DNA of 64,000 bases from Hydrolagus affinis (lineage: Eukaryota), in the NCBI GenBank assembly GCA_012026655.1, contig JAAILG010000178.1, positions 1 to 64,000 of the forward strand, in the 5' to 3' direction. Both the position numbers and the translations under genes were made by a program. Positions 43,301 through 54,459 of the stretch are shown here, piece by piece. Under the pieces are notes generated by a model. That model was not told the origin of the DNA. It worked only from the letters and a program-made list of their open reading frames with translations, and made no database searches. Position 1 is the stretch's first letter. Each line of letters begins with the position of its first letter.

Positions 43301-45699
43301 AACTTGAAATGAAATCAGAATGTCCTGGAGATCGAGAAGCCAAAGAGTTAGAATGACGAATTGCTTACATAGGAACATCAACAAGAAAAACAGCAATAGG
43401 ATCTTTTTGGATGTTGTATCGAATTCTGATTAAACAGATTTCTCTCTCACAAAACCACAGTATTGGCTACTGGAATACAACAATCAAATAAAGCACAGCT
43501 TGCCAAATTAGCTGAAATGAACCAAAATAGTCAGACTATTGGCTGTAAGATCTTCAGTTATCTTACTGACTAAAAATGCAACAACAACTTTTATATAGCG
43601 TCCCGGGGCAAATATAATGGGCAGGGGAATTAGAGTTCCCTGTCCTGGTCACTATTTAATTATCTCTTGTGTGGATGAGGAGAGGATGGGTTTCATTGTT
43701 TTAGAGGCAGCATAAAACTCTTTGGGTCACACGTGAGGAATTTTCTCTTGGGCTCGTTAATAGAGACTTCCTTGTGGAACCAGCTACCAATTCGAGTGAT
43801 TGCTTTTAAGGATTGTTGTTTCCAGCTTCTGCTCCTGACATTTGATCAGCACAAGTGCAAATCAGATTTTAATGATCAGAAAATTAACACAGGGCTGAAT
43901 AGCTGAGTAAAATAAAACCAATAGGCTGCAGAGCTACTTACTTTAAGTCCACCTTGCAGCTACCAAATCATCTTACACAGAACACATACTTTAAACCATA
44001 ATGTAAAAAAAATTGGGAGGACAAAAAAAATCATATATTCTCATAGTTCACCGATTTGTTAGATAACATTTCGAAAGATTATATAATAATGTCACTAGAT
44101 TAGATATACCAACTTAACACGTCTCAAAGCAGTTCACAGAACACACTATATAGTGTTGTGACTATGTATTTTGTGGTTGAAACACGGCAGCCAATTAATT
44201 GCGCACAGTGTTAGTTAGATTCCACTGCTCTTCATAAGGCGTGTGGGATGGATTGTGTTTAAAAAAAACATGAAGAGTGACAATCTGCAACTAAACTGGA
44301 TGGTGTTTTTTTCGGTTCCAGTCAGCTTTTGTAGCCTCCAGCAGATTTTTATGTGGCAAGTGGTTCTGGGGCAACCAACTGCTTCCTAGTTGAGCTGCTT
44401 ATCCTCATGGAATATGTGCAGAGTTCAGTGCAATCTCTCAGCTGCCTCATTCACGGATATTTTGAGAAGAATGATGGTCAAATTTGCAGCAAATTAGGAA
44501 CCTCTGCGTGATTCTCTCGCTGGTTACTAGGATACACCATGGTAAGCAATGTGAGTAAATACTGTAACATGCTTGCAATGCCGATTTTTAAAAAAAAACA
44601 CACAAGAAAACGTTCATCAATACCATATATGGTGTACTTGAACAGCCTTCAAATGTCTTTTGAACCCATAGTTTCCATGTGAATCCCAGTCAGTGCGGAT
44701 ATAAAATGATGGAACTTGCTTACAATGCTGTCGCAAAAAAATTAACCAATTTTCAAATGCTCGCCAGCTGTCAACCCTGAGAGGTTAAGCTCCCACTATC
44801 ATGTTCAGGAACTGACAGTTTACATTTTTTTAAATATCACAACAACTTGCATTTATATAGCGCCCCTCACACAGGGTAATGTTCTAAAGCATTTGACAAT
44901 GAGTAGCACGACGCCAAGCTGGGGGGAGGTATCCGTCGGCGCTGTTGAAGAGAAAGATCTTCGAACTATAAAATAAGTCTTTGTCAAATCTATCTTTTAA
45001 AACATATACAGTATATATATATATGTTACATACATTATATATACACACATGCATATATAATATATATATATATATGACAAGGTCATTATATACCAATTGG
45101 TGACCTCGGAACTCACTGGGAACTAAAAATAGAGCACAGTAATTATTTACATCTGTGTCACAGACTCTGTGTGCATTCCAATGATTTTTTTGAAACTTGG
45201 GCATGGGGGAATTACCATATCAGTCACAGCCTTTCCAGCCTCCCCAGCCTACTGCCCTGAAGGCCTAATCACAAGGTCACAAGCAGTACCGGGACTGTAC
45301 TGTACAGTGCATGGCTGACTGCGGTCCCTGCAGCACACAGTTGTCAGGGACAGGAGGAATGTGTGGTATGGGCCGAGCGCAATGAATTATCTTAAATTGA
45401 CCATCACATATTTTGCTGCTTGTGGTCGTGGCCTAAATAGTGTCCCCGGATCCCCTTTAGATGTAGATTCTCTGCATTGTCAGAAGTTAGGTAAACATAC
45501 TTTGAGCTAGTTTCCCCGCACTCTGCCTCGTCAGTTGCTGTAATTAGTGGAAGCTAATATTTGGGATGGTTTCATACCAAAGACGATTGCGCTTTCATGG
45601 ACAGGCACCCATTTTTAATGAGCTTATTTTCAGTCAAAATGTGTCATTTTGCATTAGATTGGGTTCTAGCAGTCTTGCGTAAATGTTCTGCTGAGATTT

Positions 45700-45811
45700 C
45701 AAATCTATTTATAGTTTTATCAAATTATCTTACTTTGCAGGCAATATAACACTCTGGAACACAGCAGAAAGGTACATCCGGTGTTTCATTCACCTCACAG
45801 CTCAGGAACAG
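45700..45811 (+). promoter_or_regulatory. Candidate promoter and non-coding first exon of the NRAC-like gene
   Basis: MEF2 consensus CTATTTATAG 45705-45714, two reverse-strand WGATAA sites (TTATCA 45717-45722, TTATCT 45725-45730), TATA-like AATATAA ~45743, and donor CAG|gtaagg at 45811. Confidence 0.4.
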
Positions 45812-45860
45812 GTAAGGAGATACTTGACAGCGCCTTGCCTTAGGATATTAAATGTTTATA

Positions 45861-46050
45861 TAATAATCCTTGCATTTGATATTGCGCTTTTCACATCTTA
45901 TCGACTTCCCAAAGCGCTTCACAGAATATACTGTAAAGTGAATTGACTGTATATTTGTGGGCGAATCGCGGCAACCAGTTGTGCACAGCAGTGTCCCACA
46001 AACAGTCATGGACTGAAATTACCAATTTTATTATTGTGGTTTTTTTTTTG
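45861..46050 (-). mobile_element. 5'-truncated SINE in the putative first intron of the NRAC-like gene
   Basis: taataatccttgcatttgatattgcgc...gcagtgtcccacaaacagtc matches the family. Confidence 0.85.
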
Positions 46051-46281
46051 GCTTGGATAAATACTGATAGAGATTGTGTATTGTGTGTAGAATGGACAAG
46101 GATCATGGACAGAATTGAAGTTCTCTGAGGCCTTCATCCTTTGAGAACAATGTTTCAGTGCAAGTTGGTGTTCTTATTGAATGCCGTTTTCTAGATTCTT
46201 ACTCTCTTATTTTCTTGTTGGATCAGACACTGTATGGCAGTGAACATTTAGACACTACAAAGACCTTTGAACATTTCACCG

Positions 46282-46317
46282 ATGCATACAGAGAAATCAA
46301 CAGAGCAAAGTAATCAG
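46282..46317 (+). CDS. Putative first coding segment of the NRAC-like gene (MHTEKSTEQSNQ), within exon ~46227-46317
   Basis: Pyrimidine-rich acceptor ttttcttgttggatcag| at 46226 and consensus donor CAG|gtaagt at 46317, phase 0. Start codon is uncertain (see finding). Confidence 0.45.
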
Positions 46318-47084
46318 GTAAGTTTCTTTGCATATTACTGGCCATAATGACAAGGCCTTAAGATTCATACTAAAATATGACTTGCACTTAAGACCAATAT
46401 TTTCAGAAATATTTCTGTATCAATGAACGATGAAAGGGTTTAAGCACTTTTGCTTATCCCTGGTAACAGAAATTGTTACAATATATTTTCTGTACACTTA
46501 TTGATTTTAAAACCCCCATCACAAATTGAGACAGTGAAACTGCTGCTCAGTTGACCATTGGCTCAATTATGTAATGGTGAGCCAGACACATTTTTCTTGG
46601 TGAATTTTTGTAACAAATATGTTTAGGCAACTCCAATTAACAATGTATAATAAAAAGTAACAATAGCGTTTTTGAGCATCTCACAGGATTTACAAGAATC
46701 TAGTCATTTCCAGCACATTTTACATTAACACACTTTTTTTGGCTACCTCTTTGTTTTTACGAATCCTATTCAGACTTATTCAAGGTTTAAAATTATACTG
46801 GGTGGTGCAGAAAGTGATACATCATTTCCAGGTGTAGGAGTGCGGATGGATGAATTAAGATGTCCTTTCCAAATGAAGTTCTAATCTATCGAACAATTCC
46901 AATGCAAGTACAGGCCACGCCATTGATGTGGTACAAATACTTTTACAAAAGACATTTGAATCGACAGGTTTAAAGAATGAATGAATTTTTAAATAAGCGG
47001 GGGCTGTTTTTTCAAAGTTGATCTATTTGATTTCAAACAACACAAACTCGTATGTGCATTTCAACCAAGATTCTCCAGACTATA

Positions 47085-47394
47085 GGGAGTCCTGCAGCTC
47101 AGTGGTGAGAGCACTCATATGCAAGAGACCTGGGTTCAATGCCAGGCAGGGTGAAACCTTGGGTGAGTTTTCTTACTCCACACACCAAATAATAATCCAT
47201 CAAAAAAAACACAATAATAAATTGGTTATTGCAATACATGACTGTTTGTGGGACACCACTGTGTGCAATTGGCTGCCGCATTTCACCCACATATATATAC
47301 ACGGGCAATTCACTTTACAGTATATTCTGTGAATCGCTTAGAGACGCCGAGAAGACGTGAAAAGTGTGATATGAAATGCAAGGATTATTATTAT
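47085..47394 (+). mobile_element. Near-full-length tRNA-derived SINE (dominant family of the window)
   Basis: Head GGGAGTCCTGCAGCTCAGTGGT (A box) ... GGGTTCAATGCC (B box). Body has a Deu-like ctgtttgtgggacac..tgtgcaattggctgccgc segment. Tail gcaaggattattattat. Confidence 0.85.
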
Positions 47395-47414
47395 ACAGCT
47401 GTACTCTATCTCAG

Positions 47415-47540
47415 GATTCTGCAGCTGATCAGCCACTGGAAGTTTCGAATAAGATTTTACCACAGTGGCTTGGAAATGATCCAGTTGCCAGAGTTCAGAA
47501 AACACATACGTTCTCTGCAGAAACGTGCAACACACAGGAG
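47415..47540 (+). CDS. Putative NRAC-like exon (DSAADQPLEVSNKILPQWLGNDPVARVQKTHTFSAETCNTQE)
   Basis: Acceptor ctgtactctatctcag|, donor GAG|gtactt, 126 nt, open, phase 0-0, frame-compatible with neighbouring exons. No recognisable homology. Confidence 0.5.
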
Positions 47541-48754
47541 GTACTTTTCAGCGATTTAAAACAAATATAAAACTCTACATGGATCAGTATCGCATAACGA
47601 CTACTGTATAAATGATTCTATAGTTATAAAGTTATTTCATATTTGTTGACTACTAAATAGGGATAGAATTGGACTAAATATCTCTAGAATGTAAGAACTT
47701 TCAAATTAGTCGAGTGAGGAGGTCACCAGAGCTTACGTTTATTCTTAATGGACAAATGTTATTTGAGCCTCTGTTCTGTCCAGTAATTTCCTCCTTGTTT
47801 TCTCTTCCCTGGTTTCTGTTTTCGTTCTATCTCATTGTGTTTTTTTTTACCTCTTTCCTGTTATGTTTCCACTCCAAGCATTAAATTATGCGCAGTGTGA
47901 ATGCTCTAGTAGATCTTTAATTGGGTGGAAAATTAGTTGTGAAAGCAATGTCATTTGTCTTTGCCTTTGTCAAATCCGAAGAAATAAATATGTATAATAC
48001 TCCATTTAACATATATATGAAACCACCATAGGATATCAGAAAACGTTTCATAATTCAATGCATCGAGAGGTCATAATTGCAAACAAATTGCACTGAGAGG
48101 AAGAGGCACCTCAGTGGCACTCGTCTACAAAGCAATAGATTCCACACTTAACCATTCGAGTTCACTTGCCCAGGCACCACTGGACCTTAGAGTCAAATTT
48201 GCTCATTCATGACCTTTCCCCCCCACCGTCCACCTCCCATCCCCCTTTCTCTGCAATAGACACAATTACTATCACATCAGAGATTGGCCCGGGCACATCT
48301 GCCATTATAGCCTTTGATCTGCCATCTTTTAGCGTTTCATTTGTCCCCATAGCGCCCTCAGTTTACAGCTAATGGTAATCACTTTCAAATGAAATTCAAC
48401 TACAACCTTCAAGATGACTGAAGGGATCAGAAAGACAGCAGAAAGGTAAAGGATCAGTTGAGATAACGAAACTAAAGCCAGACGAGAGTAGGTAGAAAAT
48501 ACAGTAGCATTCAATAAAAGTGAAATTATAAAATTATACAGAAAATAAAGAGAAAAGTGATGTATCGTTTTTTTTAAAAAAAATATAAGCATCTTGAGGG
48601 GGGGGGAAATAAAATCAGGATCAAGTTGTTTCAATTGGAACATCAAAATCCCAAATTGTTTGCTTGAAACCTTATGGATACAGTTTGCTTAAACATAAAA
48701 CTGTCTAAACTAGACATGGAGATGCTGAAATACATGGCTGTATAAAAGAGATAG

Positions 48755-48975
48755 TTGATTGGCAGATCGCTTTTCCCAGTGGTAATAATTCCTTTTTAAA
48801 AAAATTGGTCACGTCAATACACACTGTTTGTGGGACATTGCTGTGCGCAATTGGCTGCCACGTTTCACTCATCATAAAATATACAGTCAATTCACTTGAC
48901 AGTATTCTGTGAAGCGCTTTGAGATGCCTCGAAGGCGTGATAAGGCAATATATCAAATGCAAGGATTATTATTAT
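48755..48975 (+). mobile_element. 5'-truncated SINE abutting the 49001 acceptor
   Basis: ctgtttgtgggacattgctgtgcgcaattggctgcc...tcaaatgcaaggattattattat. Confidence 0.85.
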
Positions 48976-49000
48976 TTGTTTATCTGGTTTTGAAACCCAG

Positions 49001-49142
49001 CAGGCAATTGGACTAAAATGGCCAATCTCTATTCTGAGGACAAGGTCGAGCGGAACATTGTATGAAGGGAACTGTACATCTCTCAAGAGGAGATCACAAA
49101 GGAGGGTTCATTTTCGAGAATCAGATGAGATAATTTTGCCCA
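49001..49142 (+). CDS. C14orf180: C14orf180/NRAC-like internal exon (QAIGLKWPISILRTRSSGTLYEGNCTSLKRRSQRRVHFRESDEIILP)
   Basis: Acceptor gttttgaaacccag| (tandem CAGCAG), strong donor A|gtaagt, open frame, phase 0-1. KWPISILR...RRVHFRE resembles recalled human NRAC KCPPSILK...RRVWFRE. Position convergent with TMEM179 fits human 14q32.33 order. Confidence 0.8.
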
Positions 49143-49724
49143 GTAAGTTTTGATACTTTATTACATCATTGATACATTTGGTTAGAGGGTTTGGATTAAA
49201 ATATAACAAAAATCTGAATTTATTCCAGTTGAAGAATGTAGCTGTTATAATAAATTCGTCTTCATGATGTGCCCAGTGAGTTGATTTCTAAACAAAGTAT
49301 TATTCTAAACTCATACAAACCAGTAGTCAAGTGTAACAAGTGTTACTATCTTTCAACATGTTTTTTTTTAAGCTGCATGCATTTGCATCGGTAGAATCTT
49401 CCCATTGCAGTATTTTTAAATCCCTATTGAAAACCTGATCACATTAGCTGTTCATCTTTTAGACAATACCTGCTTGACTATTAAACTGGTCTGTTTCAAG
49501 CGCTTCGAGACGCAGTCTGGCATGAAGGGTGCTTTATAAATGCAAGTTGTTGTTGTTGTTCTCCTTGCTGTTGTATTCTCAATGCTAAAGAGATAGCACC
49601 ACGAATCTTGAAAATTTCAAGATCTCATTGCCAGGATTAAGGGGCATGTTTGTCCTGTGTGTTGGTTGGTGGAACAATGGGATCCAGTAAGCAAAAATAA
49701 TAGCAAGAAAAGATTGCTTACACA

Positions 49725-49950
49725 AGTCAATCAGCGGATTGCTTTTCTGGGGGTAATAATTCCTATTGCAAAAAAAGTCACTCAATCCACGACTGTTTGG
49801 GCGACACTGCTATGCACAATTGGCTGCCATGTTTTGCCCACAAAATATGCAGTCAGTTCATTTTACAGTATATTCTGTGAAGAGCTTTGAGAAATCTTGA
49901 AGATGCCATAAGGCTCCATATTAAATGCAAGGATTATTATTATTATCATC
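49725..49950 (+). mobile_element. 5'-truncated SINE
   Basis: ctgtttgggcgacactgctatgcacaattggctgcc...aaatgcaaggattattattatc. Confidence 0.85.
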
Positions 49951-52104
49951 ATCATCATTCACAGCCCCTGTAGAGGGGGTGTGGGCAATATCTTAACACA
50001 AAGGATAACATTCTGTAACCCGATCAAACTAAATGCTGTAGTGTCTGTGGATGTAAAGAAAAATCTCAGGGAATATAGCTCTTTATGCTTATTCACAAGA
50101 AGGAATCGCTTCATAGCGCTAATCTTAGTTTGATTATACTACACGAAAAATTCTAAATGGTGCAGAATTACAGTCCATTAAATAAATTAAATTCTTTCAA
50201 ATGAAATGGAGAGGAAAGAAGTTCCATCGTAATTACAGTCTTCAGAAACATCCTTCAGTGAGTGGCTTCACTGGTTTAGAAGTTGATTTTCATTTGAAAC
50301 AGCATCCTAGTATGGTAATCCCAAACCAATTTGCTCCAAAATTGTTACAAGGTGGCGAGAAATTTCACCACATTAGGTAGATTGTGAAATATGGGGTCAG
50401 AATATACAATCACTAAACAATGGTAAAAAAAAACAACTAATTCATAAGAAATCACCTACAAATGTTGTACAGAAATAGCTAAGTAAATAACTAAAGGGCA
50501 GTTCAAGGGAGGAAAAAAATCATTTGGGATGTTTCAGTCAACTGTTCATTGCAATCATTTGTGCTATGAGAATGTTAAGACTCATTTCAAGTCCCCAGCT
50601 GTGTTAGTGCCCATCTCAGGCCTCTTTTCAATCTAATTTTTCACACTCCCCTGGTGTGAGCCCAAGCCAGGGTAAGTGGAAACCTATCCAAACACTCATT
50701 TCTCAACCTTGCTTCCAAGGTATTGAATCGGCCGAATTCTAACTTCTTGTTGCACATGAAAGTAATGAGAATATAGATTTGTTTTGAATTCTAATAAAAA
50801 TTCTAATGGCACAACAGACAAAGGGTGAGCATTTCTGAAGTGAAGGAAGGGTGGGAGGGGAAAGATGGGTGATGTGTAGTCTGGGAAAATGATACTCAAA
50901 TGTTAGAATAAAGAAACATTTCTGTTGTGAGATAACATTTAGAGGGATATAGTATTTGGATTATTGATTTTAATTTAGTATTTACTGTTCCACGGGGGAA
51001 ATTTCTACAAATTAATCTATTTCTTGATCCCAAGGGGAGCATAATTCTTACCTCGTCATTTTATTTTCCCATTATTTCTCTCGCTCTCTCTCTCTTGAAA
51101 GGCTTTCTGATGCAGGCCCCTGATACATTAATCTATCTGCCTGGTCAACTCAATACCATTCAGCAGTTATTTTTGTGTCTGTAACTGTGTCCGTGACTCC
51201 ACAATACTTAAAAAAAAACCTCACTATTATTATGGGAGCCAGTCCAGATGGCCCGCAGCTAACATCAGAGCCAATAATCACAGCAAACTCAACAGTGTCT
51301 GCACAGTGTCATTATGCATGCAAAACAAACTGCTGAACAGCGCACTTAATTTTCTCTCTGCTCCCCAGAATTGCTCTGATAGCTGCATTTTGCTGGACTA
51401 CATTTCCTTTTTTGGTTCCAGCTGAATTATATTTATGTACTGGTGCATTTTAAACCAGCTCAATGCTTCTTACAAAGATTTTTTTGTTCATCTTCGCACT
51501 CAATTCCTCATTGCTGCAGTTAGGCGAAATGTAGCACTACATCAGTTTAAAAATGATTTGGAAACACCAGCCTGTCATTCAGTAGGGCCAGCTCAAGCCA
51601 AAATTGTAATTAAACCAGTTTACAAAATGCAGTATCTTTTTCAGCACATTGATTAATCTACATTTGTTTTGCATTTTTCTCCAGTAGCTGCTAAAAACAC
51701 GGCCATTAAACATTTTCTGCAGGATTTACAGTCAAATGACGGCAAGGTAGTGCTTACAATTTGTCCATTTAAAATATCAATTTGGAAATTCACTCTCGAA
51801 TTCAGCAAGAATTAGTGCAGTGCAATCCAATATAACACCTTTCACACAAGAAGGGTATTTCAAATTGCCTGACAAGTCCTGAATTTGGGGTGTGAGCCAG
51901 TGGCGGTTGTGGTGGGGAGGTTGGATGGTGGGGGGGGCTTTAAAAGCACAGTCAAACAGGTATGTTTTGAGACCTTGAATGGTGGGTGGGGGGAGAGAGG
52001 CCATTTAAGATCATCAAACCTATTCATCAGAGTGATAAAGAGCTCCCAAAAATGAATAATTCTCGCATTTGACCCCTAAAAGCATGTTAAAAAAAAGGTG
52101 CAAA

Positions 52105-52340
52105 TGTAGTGATTGTGTATCTATAGGCAAATAAGGCAGCCAATTTGAACACAGCAATGCCCCACTTAAGTGACAAAGTGAGTGATCAATTTAATCTGGG
52201 GTTGGTTGGTCAGGTTAGCAGGAAGAATACTTTATTTCAATAATTCTATGGGACCATTAATGTCCACAGGCCAACAGGCCAACAGAACTTCATTTTGTCT
52301 CACCCCCAGCACAACACTGGAGAATTAGCCTGGGCTATGT
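52105..52340 (-). mobile_element. Degenerate DeuSINE fragment
   Basis: ggcagccaatttgaacacagcaatgcccc...ctatgggacc...tgtccac...cactggagaattagcctgg. Confidence 0.55.
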
Positions 52341-52959
52341 AAAGGAAAGATTAACAAGCCCTTCATTGATTACAGCATTTCATTTGGAGTTCTTTAGCTT
52401 TTTATTCCCATTCCCCAACTTTCTCTTCACATAATGCTCTGCTTGGCCTGGAGAAGGCACTAGCTCAGTTACTGACCTGTGATTCCACACTTCCAGGGTC
52501 TGCTTTCCTTGCCAGTCCTCACTTCTGACACCATGATACCACTTTGTTTCTTACATTGTTTTTAAGGCTCCCAAGTCCACTCGTCCAAATCAAATGTAGT
52601 GAATCTGTTTGAAACTCCAGCTCATGAGTAGTCAAGGTATAGCCAGCAAATCTTCCAAATTTCCCTGCAGTCCACTCCAAACTGGTTCACCTCAATAGAA
52701 ATAGTGACTCTATTAAGGGATGATCTACAAATTCCCCAATTTATAAGGCTTGCAAAATCACCAGGGGGTTATCCCCAAATCTTTAAAGGACATTTCTCCA
52801 TAAAGAGTGGAGAGTAAGGATTGACACCTATTCACCTCAGATCATTATCCCTAGAAGGTTGGTTAGACAGTGACAAGAGTCATTGGATTGCGGTACAATG
52901 GTCTTTAGTTTCTATGGGTTAATATGAAACACCCTCTGAAATGGCCTAACAAGCTACTC

Positions 52960-53205
52960 TCGAGAGAAGATGACTAGGATGAAAATCTCATAGATGGGTA
53001 CAAGCTTTTAAATGAGATTGAAAAAGTAAAACCAGATCAATACTTTAGGATGTATCAAGACAGTAGAATAAAGGGACATGGGTTTCAAATTGTAAAGGGT
53101 AATCTCAACACAGCCAGAATTTGTCTTACACACAGGGTAATCAACATCTACATGGTTGTCAAGAATGATGGTAGAGGCCAGGACACTGGACTCATTGATA
53201 CATTC
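52960..53205 (+). mobile_element. CR1-clade LINE fragment
   Basis: Degenerate gagaagatgactagg..atctcatagatgggtacaag...KGHGFQIVKG...FxTHRVINI motifs. A weaker similar fragment lies at ~33230-33500. Confidence 0.65.
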
Positions 53206-54068
53206 TTATATTCTATTTTATACTTTTTTTAAAAAAAAGGGCAGGAAGATTATTTCTAAAACAAAACGAAAACACAGCTTCCTTCACCGAATGGCAGGAG
53301 AGATTTCGAACAAGCATGGACAGAGTAGAACTAGACTCTAGTGGTAATGTAAGGTAAAGGTAGTTCTGTTTAGGACATCCTTTGACATTAAACAACAAAT
53401 ATATTGCATCCCATAAGTGTTGCTTAAAAGGAGCTGTACTAAATACTTAATTCGGACTGCTGCATTGAACAGATGCTGTGAAAATGATTATAATATATCT
53501 TTCAAATTCCAATCCTGGATGAATCACTCTGAAAAGCAGGATAATTCATCACATTGCTGCCCTATTCCAGACAGCTCAGCATTTTTGTATTGAGACTACA
53601 CGTAGCAGGGATATATATGTGCATATAATGTGCAATTTTTAAGTTTTTGAATCCAATTTAACTTTTAATTAGTTGCTGAGTACTTTGCAATAGTTTGGTC
53701 ACAATGCATTCGAGGGAGAGGGAGAAGGGCAACTGAGAGAAGAGTCTCCAGTGGCCAGCTTAGCCTGAAACAAGGAAGGAAAAGCTAATTCACAAAAGAT
53801 GGCCATTCAATTGAAGTCTTGACCAAACAATCAATCTGCTTGTGCAGTCAAGAAAGAAGGCTAGCATGGTTCCACAAACAGTTTAGAATATGTTTTATCA
53901 GTTGTGCATTTTTATTTAATTTTGAAGAAGACCGCGGTATTTTATAGACTTCTTTCATATGGCAAGAGCGCTGATTAGCAACGCTCAAATAACCAAGTCC
54001 AGATTAGTGAGTAATATTAATATTTAGAATGTAATTTAATTTTTTGTCACATTGTTGTATTTTTTCAG

Positions 54069-54268
54069 CTCATGAACACTATTCCCCAGCACCATCACCA
54101 TTGCAGCTTTTTGCGTTCATTGTTTTGCTGAGCCTGCTGATTGTGTTACTCTATTGCAATAAGTGTCCCTCTAAGGTCTGTGAACAACTTGGGTCGAAAC
54201 TTCTTAGCTTCTATCTGGACATCAAGCACATTGCAATCAGATGCTGGCACCGATGGATGAAAAAGTAA
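54069..54268 (+). CDS. C14orf180: C14orf180/NRAC-like terminal exon with TM helix (HEHYSPAPSPLQLFAFIVLLSLLIVLLYCNKCPSKVCEQLGSKLLSFYLDIKHIAIRCWHRWMKK*)
   Basis: Acceptor ttgttgtattttttcag| in phase 1, compatible with the 49142 donor (A|CT = Thr). Hydrophobic stretch plus LYC and ..LL....L.H.A..CW pattern as in recalled human NRAC C-terminus. TAA ends at 54268. Confidence 0.8.
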
Positions 54269-54459
54269 GACATCCGCAAACACTGGGAGCATCAAAACAC
54301 AGCTTGGTTTGGACACTCCCTTTCAGCGGAGCAATCTTGGCTGAATGATGTTACAAAGGCAAGCTGTTCAACATCACTTAGCCACAGTCGGTGGTGGTTA
54401 GAAACAATTGGTTGAACACAAGACAAAATGACAATGAACCTTCTGAATTTGCTGTCATG

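Noticed and set aside
47085-47160. tRNA-like sequences (also ~56450, ~59880, ~63340)
   Set aside because: These are SINE heads with A/B boxes running into SINE bodies; no intact cloverleaf.
51685-51747. Possible NRAC micro-exon (IAAKNTAIKH..., superficially like human IADKNATAT)
   Set aside because: The only reasonable donor is phase 0, incompatible with the phase-1 terminal exon. Other candidates (49229-49275, 53948-54006) fail the same test, and direct 49142>54069 splicing is already in frame.
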